Assembly: GCA_965262485.1 (NCBI GenBank)
Contig: OZ253540.1
Location: 2,339,882-2,403,881, forward strand
Direction of reading: 5' to 3'
Source of the DNA: Dehalococcoidia bacterium
GTDB taxonomy: Bacteria > Chloroflexota > Dehalococcoidia > Lucifugimonadales > UBA3495
Length of the DNA: 64,000 nt
Part shown: positions 19,686 through 28,203 of the stretch, piece by piece
How positions within the stretch are numbered: position 1 is the first letter of the stretch
Layout of the letters: each line of letters begins with the position of its first letter
Program-made: the position numbers and the translations under genes
The notes under the pieces: generated by a model
Database searches by the model: none
Told to the model about the DNA's origin: nothing
The model's input: only the letters and a program-made list of their open reading frames with translations

Positions 19686-20447
19686 CTACAGCGGTATCAC
19701 GCTGTGCGTTTTGCCCACTCCGGTGCCCATTCGCAGGGACAGCCGGTAAGCTATATTGACCAAGTCGGCTGACACCAATACTTCGCGGACGATCAGTTCC
19801 AGGATGGACTTGGTGGTCGCTGCGTTCATGTCCCGCAGGTAGGTCTCGGGGTTGCGGGCGTAGGATTCAATCCGGTCTTCGTCGTCGGCGACGTACCCGT
19901 AACCCCGTAGAGCGTGATCGGCCTGGCGGGCCTCGTCCTGTTTGGTGCGCCAGCCGTCGCCCGTCCGGGCCAGCCGGGCGGCGACTTTGGCATACGTCGC
20001 CTTGCCCTTTTCCACCTCCGCCGCGAGTTTGGCCCGTTCGTGGTCCAGGCGCTCGATCTCGCCCTGTATGGATTCCAGTTGCTGTTGCTGCCGCAGGGCT
20101 TGCTGGGCGGCGTTCCGTCTGACCTGGGCGATGACATCCTGGAGCAGGTCGTCGGTGAGAACGTCGACGATCAGGTGCTCAAGCACCGGTTCGTCCAGGC
20201 GTCCGGTCTTGACTTCCCGCGTGTCGCAGGCGTTTTCGTCAGGGCCTTCGGCGCTGGGGCATACGTAGCGCGGCGGACGTTCAGTGTCGCCGTCCAGCAT
20301 GGTCATTGGGGTACCGCAGCCTTGGCATTTGGCCAGGCCGAGCAGCAGGGGTTGTCCGACCTGGTTGTCTCCGGTGTTGGCGGTCGGGTTCGGCAACCGC
20401 CGGTAGCGAGTGGAGGTTGGATCATGGTGGCTGAGATCAGAGAACAT
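19686..20447 (-). pseudogene. C-terminal part of a large serine recombinase (zinc beta-ribbon plus coiled coil). Catalytic N-terminus absent.
   Basis: ..PLLLGLAKCQGCGTPMTM..RYVCPS....CDTREV..LDEPVLEHLI, followed by a long coiled coil. Confidence 0.6.
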
Positions 20448-20665
20448 TGTGAGCGTCGAGACGCGCTATTTTGTGGGATTGTGCAAGTAGGTGACGACAT
20501 TAGGACAATCGTAATCGACAATGCGCCGTTCTTGGCAATACGAGGTGTGGGCCGGAAACATAAAACCTAAAGCAAACGGCATGGCCGTGTTACGTGGCGA
20601 GGAACAGTGTTGCCACGGGTTGGGTGGCAACATCCGGATGGCAAGCACGGCTGCGCAACTTTCGA

Positions 20666-23600
20666 CTAATTCAGGTTGTGCCTGACGATCAGCTCACGCA
20701 GTCCTTGATCAATGTGGACTGGCAAATCTTTGGCTAGCAGTTTGTCAACAACCTCCCGCGTTCCTAGCCAAAACCAAGGCTCAGTATCATTTTGCCCCAG
20801 GTAGACTAAGAACCTCCCCAGGTCGTCAGGATACCTTTCCGTTAATTCGCGTTCGCTGAGGTCGTGCAAAATGTAGGAACGACTTAGGCGCACTGGGCGC
20901 ATCTGGATGGCCACTTCGACGGCGTCAGGAAATACACCGGGCAAGTGCATGACCCATTCCAGCATCTGAGCGATTTCGGCGTCATCCAGTGGGCAGGGTA
21001 CGCCCTGCAATCGGTTTGCCCAGTAATCTTTGAGCCAGACGCTCCACCATTCCTGCTGTACGGTCTCGTCCAGGTTGCGCAAACGGTGGCCGATTTCAAG
21101 CGCAAACTGTGTCTTCATCTGCGTGTCCGCGTGTTTGAAGAACTCTGTGATCCAATCATCCATGGCGTCGCTGATGAGCCATCCCAGAGCGACAACGTAG
21201 AATTCCACGAAACGCACACGCATCTGTTCGCTGAATTCTTGGACTATTCGCCGGATGGCGGCGATGGACTTTTCACGCAAGCGTTCGGCGGTTGGGGGGG
21301 ATAAGCGTCCCCAGGTAAGAAAGCCATCCCAAGCGCACTGAAAATCATCATGTTCGGTGTCGAAGAGTGGTAGCAGAGTGCTAATCGTCCAATCCTCATC
21401 AACGGCGAGAAAATATTGAAAGTTACTGACGAGCACGGCGCGACCAAACTTTCCGGCTAACCCGTCCTCCGTCACGATTGCCTCTAATGCTTCCCGGTAT
21501 TCAACGCTCAGCAATTGCGGGGCGGGTTCCTGCAGCTTCCGCCACAGTTCACTACTGAAGGTCCAGAACAGGGCTAGTTTGCCTGACGCGTGATTGATGG
21601 CCTTCTCAAGCCAGCTAACGTACTGCGGAACCCCGCCTACGGATACTGAGATTTGCGGGAGTTCGTCCGAGGCAGCGTAAGGACGCATGGCAACCGCTAT
21701 CGAGTTGGCCGCATCCAGCAATCCAGCTGCTTCAATTTGGTCGGCATTCCGAATCAACTGGTTGAGGACATCCGCAATCTGTCGTGCGTGCTCCCGGTGA
21801 AGATCACCAGCTGATAGGTGAGACATCACACGCGTGACGCTGTCTTGATTGAGCTCCGACGTCGCCCAGGCAAGAATTACGTGGTGCCAAATATCCGTGT
21901 CCCATGCTTTGTTTGAAACCATGGCGTCTGCAAGGTCGAGCCCCCAGGATGGGTTGGTCCGGACGGCCTCTTCAACTTCCCTTAGCAGCGCCCAGTGGTC
22001 ATGCCCGTCGAATTGGATTAGTGCGTTCCTGAGCTCGGGGCTGGCTTGCGGGTACAAGCGAGCGGCTGCGTGGAAGATCTCGTGATGGGCGGCTACTTCG
22101 TTCACATCGCATCCTTCCAAGATCCAGGTAATTCTTTCGTCAGCAGTCAGGTCGTTCCGGCCGGACGAGGCGTGGATGGCGAGACGCCGCAGCAACGGCG
22201 CAGGGGAACCTGCGTAACGGTCGCACCAAGTTCCTGCATACGCCGGGTCGTGAGCGGTCAGCCACGCCAGGCAATCCCGCGCCGCGTCGATGAGGGCGTC
22301 AACTTCATGGGGCAGGTCGTCCTGCGAGTGGGGTTCGATGGCAGATCTTCCGTAGCTATCCCCATCCCAAGTCTCGCTCCCTCGACCCCACGCGATAATT
22401 GCCGAACGGCGTTCCTCCAGTCTCATGGTGGTTCGTTCGAGCAACGAATGCGCGACGTTCGGCAGGTGAGGTTCAAGGCACGTTTCCCAAAAAGATTGCA
22501 TTCTAATCTGGCGACTTCTACCGTCGTATAGCTCATATCCTGGCCGGACTTGGTGTCGACTCGCGGTCATCACGTCGTACACTTGCAGCAGGTTCTGGAA
22601 CGCTCCAAGATTGGCGCAGGTCTCAGCTAGACCCGACAACCCGTAATCGTCGAAATCCGGCGGCACACACGTCATCAGGAAGTGGACCCACCTCGAAAGG
22701 ACTGTTGGGTTTAGTGGTGCCTCGTCATTGTGTCGGAGCGACCATGCCAGCCGGTTCCACAAGTGTGGATTGAGCCTGCCTCCATGCCGCGCGATGACCT
22801 CGAACAATTCGTCGGATTGAGTGATTGCGAACCGACTCACCAGCCAATATGACAGCGTAGTTTCTTGGTCTTCCGGATCCCCATCTGTGAATAAGCGATC
22901 CAGGTACCCGCGACGGTCGAGCCAAGCAATCCATTCCGGTAACTCAGCAGCCTCGATGAAGAACCGGGTCATCACCGAGTCGGTGAGGGCGTGTTCAATG
23001 ATTCCAGTGCTGTCGTCATCAATGGGCGGGTATCCGCCGGCGATTGTCGAAATCTCCTGTTGCCAGTCAAGGACGCCTCGTCGCAGGAAATTAGCCAACC
23101 CGGCCACTGCCGCGTCCAGGCCGTTGTAATCATTGTCTTCATTTTGGTGGAACGTAACGGGTTGGATGCCCATCCTGTGCCAATGGTCAGGATCATCACT
23201 TCGGTCGCCGATCAATGAGAAACGCTTCTGACCGTCATCCGGTGGCAATGACGGCGTCAAGTAGGTCATGATGGTGTCGCTGTGGCTGTAACCCACGAAC
23301 AACACCGTGCAGTTGGAGAAGAGGTCAATCAAAAAGCGGCGTGCCCAACCGTCTGATTCGGTCAGATAAGCGCGCCCAAAGTCCCGGTGGGTGATCACCA
23401 TCTCCTTCGGTTCACTTACGCAACCATGCAGGTGGACGATTCCGTCAAAGCGGTTACCCAGAGGCAGCGTCGGTGCTTGGAATACCTTGGGCATGGAGTT
23501 GAATTGGGCGAGAGCCGCCTGCTCAAACAGATCGTCGAAGTTGGTGGTGACCGTCCGCACTTCCCCGGCTTCGCCGAAAAGGCGGAGTATATCGAGGTGG

Positions 23601-23878
23601 AGCGCCGTCGGTTCGGGGTTGTTCCGTTGCAAAATTTCAACGGTACGCTGGTGGACATCGGTTCCGCGGACCTCCAACCGTCCCAAGAATCGGTCCTCGG
23701 TTTCCCCAGTGCCGATGGATTGCCCCGTGCCTTTCGCCACTTGCTGTGCCAAACGCCGGAAGCCGGGCAGGACGGCTGGGGGTCCCATGGACACGCTGGC
23801 GCCGGCAAACACCACCAGACGCTTGGTCCGGAGGGCGTCCAGCAGGGAATCAGGGAAGTCGACGCCGGAGATTCTCAA
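20666..23878 (-). CDS. SIR2-like (SIR2_2) NADase-type effector with a ~800-aa helical C-terminal region (DSR-like architecture)
   Basis: 1070 aa, intact. RLVVFAGASVSMGPPAVLPGF; TTNFDDLFEQA; IVHLHGCV..MVITHRDF; VLFVGYSHSD. TTG start 8 nt after GAAGG. Confidence 0.8.
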   Translation of the reverse strand: MRISGVDFPDSLLDALRTKRLVVFAGASVSMGPPAVLPGFRRLAQQVAKGTGQSIGTGETEDRFLGRLEVRGTDVHQRTVEILQRNNPEPTALHLDILRLFGEAGEVRTVTTNFDDLFEQAALAQFNSMPKVFQAPTLPLGNRFDGIVHLHGCVSEPKEMVITHRDFGRAYLTESDGWARRFLIDLFSNCTVLFVGYSHSDTIMTYLTPSLPPDDGQKRFSLIGDRSDDPDHWHRMGIQPVTFHQNEDNDYNGLDAAVAGLANFLRRGVLDWQQEISTIAGGYPPIDDDSTGIIEHALTDSVMTRFFIEAAELPEWIAWLDRRGYLDRLFTDGDPEDQETTLSYWLVSRFAITQSDELFEVIARHGGRLNPHLWNRLAWSLRHNDEAPLNPTVLSRWVHFLMTCVPPDFDDYGLSGLAETCANLGAFQNLLQVYDVMTASRHQVRPGYELYDGRSRQIRMQSFWETCLEPHLPNVAHSLLERTTMRLEERRSAIIAWGRGSETWDGDSYGRSAIEPHSQDDLPHEVDALIDAARDCLAWLTAHDPAYAGTWCDRYAGSPAPLLRRLAIHASSGRNDLTADERITWILEGCDVNEVAAHHEIFHAAARLYPQASPELRNALIQFDGHDHWALLREVEEAVRTNPSWGLDLADAMVSNKAWDTDIWHHVILAWATSELNQDSVTRVMSHLSAGDLHREHARQIADVLNQLIRNADQIEAAGLLDAANSIAVAMRPYAASDELPQISVSVGGVPQYVSWLEKAINHASGKLALFWTFSSELWRKLQEPAPQLLSVEYREALEAIVTEDGLAGKFGRAVLVSNFQYFLAVDEDWTISTLLPLFDTEHDDFQCAWDGFLTWGRLSPPTAERLREKSIAAIRRIVQEFSEQMRVRFVEFYVVALGWLISDAMDDWITEFFKHADTQMKTQFALEIGHRLRNLDETVQQEWWSVWLKDYWANRLQGVPCPLDDAEIAQMLEWVMHLPGVFPDAVEVAIQMRPVRLSRSYILHDLSERELTERYPDDLGRFLVYLGQNDTEPWFWLGTREVVDKLLAKDLPVHIDQGLRELIVRHNLN

Positions 23879-23881
23879 TCG

Positions 23882-25237
23882 TTAACCTTCGTTTCGGCCT
23901 GACGAGTCCGGTATTGGCGGATGGTGGAATGCCCTGGTTCTGTCCCACATCGGAACCGTGGGTGCCAACTCGGCACGCATCGCGGTTTCGACATAGTAAA
24001 TGGCCTGTTGTGCCAGCCATGCCGCGTTCAAGGGCGGACCGTCTTTCAACCAGTGCGCCGTCACTTGATTTCGGAGCTTTGCGATCTCTTGAACTAAATT
24101 GTCGTGCTGTTTGCCGTCCTCGATGAGCCGTTTGGCTTCTTCGCCCCATCCCACGTAGTAGTAAGGTCTTTCGATCTCTTTGGACCGAAGGTACGCGGAA
24201 ATTTGCTTCCAGAGTTCGGGGCCACATTTTTCTCTGTCGAACCCTGCCTCGATTGCAATCCTTTGGAGAATCGCGACAGATGCGGTGACAGAGCTCATCC
24301 AGTCTCCATTGTCCCTCGCCGTTGTGTTGTGCACGTAACGTGCTATCACGGGGTAATGGTCTTCGCCGATGTTGCGCAGGATCTCCTCTAACACTTTTTC
24401 AAGCCTCACGCCCATCGGCATCCAGTTTTTCGTTCTGTTCTTTTTCGCCGGCGAGGTCGGCTCCCATGCGCCCCACAGAGGCGTCCATGTTCCCCACCAT
24501 TGATTGTCTGACCAAGTCTCTTTCCAAGCTATGGCTACTTTGGGTCGACACCACGTGCTGCTCGTGAACGATAGACCATGGCTGATCGCTCGTTGTATTA
24601 ACTGGACCTCCTCGAGGTTCATTGCGGCGCCATCGTTTCGCCACACGTGGAAGCCTACATCCTTGATCTCGAATTCTCCGTGTTCGACCCACACTCTCGC
24701 TGCGTACTCGCTCCAAAAGATGTCTCGGTCGTCAGCCGGTGTCATCGAGATTGTGACGATTGGACTTTCTTGGTCTGTCCTGATGATCACACCTTGATGC
24801 GTGTCGCCGATGTCCCATTCGATTGGGTGTTGGTCTATCTCTGGCTTCTTGACTTCTATGAAGAACTGGTTGGCGCCATGTGGAGGAATCTCAGTTTTGG
24901 AAAAGTCTCCGTGCGATATGGTGACCGCTTCCTTGTCCGCATCGGTCGTCAAAGCCTCTGCCCAGATCCCTTCATACCACAGGGTGACCGTCTTGGCCCT
25001 CACCGGCTCGACCAAGGTTATGCTCTCGCCGTTGATGATTCTCCTGGATTCACCATTGGCGTGGGAGAACGGATGGGCATTATTGGCGAATAAAGGAACT
25101 GTCCGTCCACTGTGCACCATCTGAGTGCTACGAGCCAACGTGGGAATGTCAAACGGATCACCATACGGGGTATCCGGCAGTGTGATAGTAGTTGCCGCAT
25201 CGTCCGACCCGAATAGCGTGCGCACTTCCTCTTGCAA
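23882..25237 (-). CDS. Hypothetical 451-aa protein tightly coupled upstream of the SIR2 gene. Its 5' end abuts the IS5 dimer.
   Basis: Its stop TAA lies 3 nt before the SIR2 TTG. Its own TTG start is the last 3 nt before IS5 IRL at 25238, so the N-terminus and promoter may be lost. Confidence 0.6.
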   Translation of the reverse strand: MQEEVRTLFGSDDAATTITLPDTPYGDPFDIPTLARSTQMVHSGRTVPLFANNAHPFSHANGESRRIINGESITLVEPVRAKTVTLWYEGIWAEALTTDADKEAVTISHGDFSKTEIPPHGANQFFIEVKKPEIDQHPIEWDIGDTHQGVIIRTDQESPIVTISMTPADDRDIFWSEYAARVWVEHGEFEIKDVGFHVWRNDGAAMNLEEVQLIQRAISHGLSFTSSTWCRPKVAIAWKETWSDNQWWGTWTPLWGAWEPTSPAKKNRTKNWMPMGVRLEKVLEEILRNIGEDHYPVIARYVHNTTARDNGDWMSSVTASVAILQRIAIEAGFDREKCGPELWKQISAYLRSKEIERPYYYVGWGEEAKRLIEDGKQHDNLVQEIAKLRNQVTAHWLKDGPPLNAAWLAQQAIYYVETAMRAELAPTVPMWDRTRAFHHPPIPDSSGRNEG

Positions 25238-25298
25238 GAACCTGTCTACGATCTCTGGAATAGGTTAAGTTGAGACTATTATCAGGGGAGGGGTAATC

Positions 25299-26091
25299 AT
25301 GTCTCATTCCTATCCCAGCGACATCAGTAGGGAACAATTCGCCCGTATTCTGCCGACGCTGGAGTCGGCCCGACGCCGGACCAAGCCCCGCACCGTGGAC
25401 TTGTATGACGTTTTCTGCGGTGTGCTGTACCTCCTGAAAAGCGGGTGCCAGTGGCGAATGATACCCGCGGACTTCCCCAATTGGCGCACTTGCTACCAGT
25501 ATTTCCGGCAATGGAGCGAGCGGCCTGGCCCAGGTCAGGATTCAATTCTGGAGCAAGTCCTAAAAAAAATCGGTTGGCGCGGCCCGACAAAGCAATGGTC
25601 GGAAAAAGCAGACCAGCTTCTGTATCGTGGACTCCCAGAGCGTGAAGAACACGGACACCGCCGAGCACAAGGGCTATGACGCGGGCAAGAAGGTGTCGGG
25701 AATCAAGCGTCACATCGCGGTGGACACGCAAGGATTGCCCCATGCGATCCACGTGACTACCGCCGACGTCACCGACCGGGCCGGGGCTTTAGCGATGTTT
25801 GACCGGCGCCGAGACGGCCTCAGTCAAGTGCAGAACGTGCTGGTGGACGGGGGTTACACCGGGAAGCCCTTTGCCACTGCGGTGCAAGGCCTGTTGGGAG
25901 CCTCGGTGGAAGTGGTGAAACGCAGCGAACAGCACACCTTCGTGGTGCTGCCAAAGCGATGGGTGGTGGAGCGGTCTTTCGCCTGGCTGGAAAAGTGCCG
26001 CCGACTCTGGAAGAACTGCGAAAGAAAGCTCAATACCAGCCTGCAAATGGTGGTGCTTGCCTTCATGGTGCTAATCCTCAAAAGATTGTAG
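25299..26091 (+). CDS. IS5-family transposase, orfA/orfB joined by programmed -1 frameshift
   Basis: orfA 25299-25679 (..CQWRMIPADFPNWRTCYQYFRQW); orfB frame 25627-26091 (DSQSVKNTD..GYDAGKKVSGIKRH..VDGGY..KRWVVERSFAWL). A8 run at 25562-25569. Confidence 0.8.
25562..25569 (+). promoter_or_regulatory. A8 slippery run (putative -1 frameshift site)
   Basis: CTAAAAAAAATCGG in the orfA/orfB overlap. Copy C has the same A8 (35785-35792); copy B has A7. Confidence 0.5.
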
Positions 26092-26102
26092 ACAGGCTCT
26101 AA

Positions 26103-26962
26103 GAGCCTGTCTACGATCTCCGGAATAGGTTAAGTTGAGACTATTATCAGGGGAGGGGTAATCATGTCTCATTCCTATCCCAGCGACATCAGCCGGAAGC
26201 AATTCGCCCGTATTCTGCCGACGCTGGAGTCGGCCCGACGCCGGACCAAGCCCCGCACCGTGGACTTGTATGACGTTTTCTGCGGCGTGCTGTACCTCCT
26301 GAAAAGCGGCTGCCAGTGGCGAATGCTGCCCGCGGACTTCCCCAATTGGCGCACTTGCTACCAGTATTTCCGGCAATGGAGTGAGCGGCCCGGCCCGGAG
26401 CAGGATTCCATCCTGGAACAAGTCCTAAAAAAATCGGTTGGCGAGGCCCGACAAAGCAATGGTCGGAAAGAGCAGACCAGCTTCTGTATCGTGGACTCCC
26501 AGAGCGTCAAGAACACGGACACCGCCGAGCACAAGGGCTATGACGCGGGCAAGAAGGTATCCGGAATCAAGCGTCACATCGCGGTGGACACGCAAGGATT
26601 GCCCCATGCGATCCACATAACCACGGCCAACGTCACCGACCGGGCTGGGGCTTTGGCGATGTTTGACGAAAACCGGTCCGACCTCAACCAGGTCCAGAAG
26701 GTGCTGGTGGACGGGGGTTACACCGGAAAGCCCTTTGCCACTGCGGTGCAAAGCTCGTTGGGAGCCTCGGTGGAAGTGGTGAAACGCAACGAACTGCACA
26801 CCTTCGTGGCGCTGCCGAAGCGATGGGTGTGGAGCGGTCTTTCGCCTGGCTGGAAAAGTGCCGCCGACTCTGGAAGAACTGCGAAAGGAAGCTCAATACC
26901 AGCCTGCAAATGGTGGTGCTCGCCTTCATGGTGCTAATCCTAAAAAGATTGTAAACAGGCTC
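26103..26962 (+). mobile_element. IS5-family element, copy B, head-to-tail with copy A (3-bp TAA spacer)
   Basis: ..GACAGGCTC taa GAGCCTGTCTACG.. at 26091-26115. Confidence 0.85.
26164..26937 (+). pseudogene. IS5 transposase. orfA and orfB are fused in frame (A7 instead of A8), but a 1-nt deletion near 26830 destroys the C-terminus.
   Basis: ..VLKKSVGEARQSNGRKEQTSFCIVDSQSVKNTD.. is continuous. The end reads KRWVWSGLSPGW.. instead of KRWVVERSFAWLEKCRRLW.. Confidence 0.7.
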
Positions 26963-27339
26963 TTAGACGCCGCCAACACTCCTAAAAAGACAACTTTTCG
27001 AGTGCTCGTTCGCATTGCCCAGCTGGATGACGAGCGCTAAGAAAAACCGAAGTAATACCAACGCAGGAGAACAGAAACCAGGGAATACGCCAAGAAACGG
27101 CAAAACCACCACGTTCCGGGCGGGCAACCCCAAAGACAGGACTTTGAACTCGTAGCCCAAGTCCCCGGCCAGGCCAAAACAGCCGGTACGCTGCGAAAGC
27201 TCAAGGCTCGCCCACGCCGCAGCAACACGGAACAGCGGACTCTGCCGGGCCTCCCGGCCAGCGGCGGCGAAAGCAAGGTATAACGCGCGGCACTAACGGC
27301 GACCAAAAGAAAGTGGGCGGCAACAACGACACCCCCAAG

Positions 27340-27751
27340 GAGCTGGCTTCACGCCAGCCTATGTATTCGGCTACACAAGGGCGTTCGGCAACGCCTTGAT
27401 CTCCGGCAAAGCCAGAGTATTCGGCAACGCCCGGTTGTTTGACGACGCCTGGATGCACGGCAGCAACCGAGCGTACAGCACGCCTGGGTCGACGACGACG
27501 CCCGCGCCTACGGAGATACCCACGTGTACGGCGACCCACGCATGCCCAGCGGCAATTCGGTGAGATGCCGCCAACATTCCGTCAGGGACTCTGCGCTGTT
27601 GACCTCGTGGCGTGTGTCGGAAACTGTCGACGCAGCAACAGGCTCACCTCACGAACCCACCAGAACTCTTCACGCAAAACTCCAACCGACCAATGTCCAG
27701 CTCGTGAACCATGCGCCACTACCAGTGCAGCAGGCCATGACCCGGCAGTAA
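27340..27751 (+). pseudogene. Remnant of a hexapeptide-repeat (left-handed beta-helix-like) protein. No start; at least one frameshift.
   Basis: AFGNAL ISGKAR VFGNAR LFDDAW MHGSNR AYST.. then, in another frame, VDDDAR AYGDTH VYGDPR. Confidence 0.3.
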
Positions 27752-27949
27752 CGGCAGTCTGTCGGCAACGTCCTCTGGCTTCCCAATCCGAACCATAATC
27801 CGGTAGCGGTAAATCGGCCGGCCGCCGGCATACTGAAAAGCAACAACGGCCGACTCCGCAGAGCGACGCGCTACGCTCCGCCCTCGCTGGCGACCTACCT
27901 AATGGTATAGTAGTGAACACGAACACAATGCCACGCGAGGGGTTTCCTT

Positions 27950-28147
27950 ATGGCCCGCATCCTGATTGAAGGTTTCCTCTGCGGGCGGTGCAAGTACCGC
28001 TGGGTGCCTCGCCAGAGCACCAAGAAAGAACCGAAGATCTGCCCCAAATGTAAGAGCGCCTACTGGAACAAGCCCCGCAAGCTGGACTGGCCGGCGGGCA
28101 AACGCGCCGCCCAACACGACCAATGCCTTCAGAAGACTATCGCATAG
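27950..28147 (+). CDS. Small zinc-ribbon protein
   Basis: 65 aa, CGRC...CPKC, immediately upstream of the DUF499 gene. Confidence 0.5.
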   Translation: MARILIEGFLCGRCKYRWVPRQSTKKEPKICPKCKSAYWNKPRKLDWPAGKRAAQHDQCLQKTIA

Positions 28148-28203
28148 TTCCCACGATTGGACGGCAAGCCCGCGGTCGGGTGTCAACCTGACGCTACTCA
28201 ACC

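Larger units (their letters stand above)
25238..26099 (+). mobile_element. IS5-family (IS427/IS1031-like) element, copy A, 862 bp
   Basis: IRL GAACCTGTCTACGATCT; IRR ..AAGATTGTAGACAGGCTC. Same element as at 26103 and 35461. Confidence 0.85.

Noticed and set aside
20666-25237. The 451-aa ORF and the SIR2 ORF share a reading frame (TAA + CGA + TTG), suggesting one broken fusion gene.
   Set aside because: The SIR2 domain starts at residue ~15, as in stand-alone SIR2_2 proteins. A GAAGG SD precedes the TTG. A same-frame coincidence has a one-in-three chance. It is treated as two coupled genes.
26963-27340. A phage terminase-small-subunit-like or DUF5681-like remnant (..FRAGNPKDRT..) right of the IS5 dimer.
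   Set aside because: The similarity is only a few residues, there are multiple stops in every frame, and it is too weak to call.
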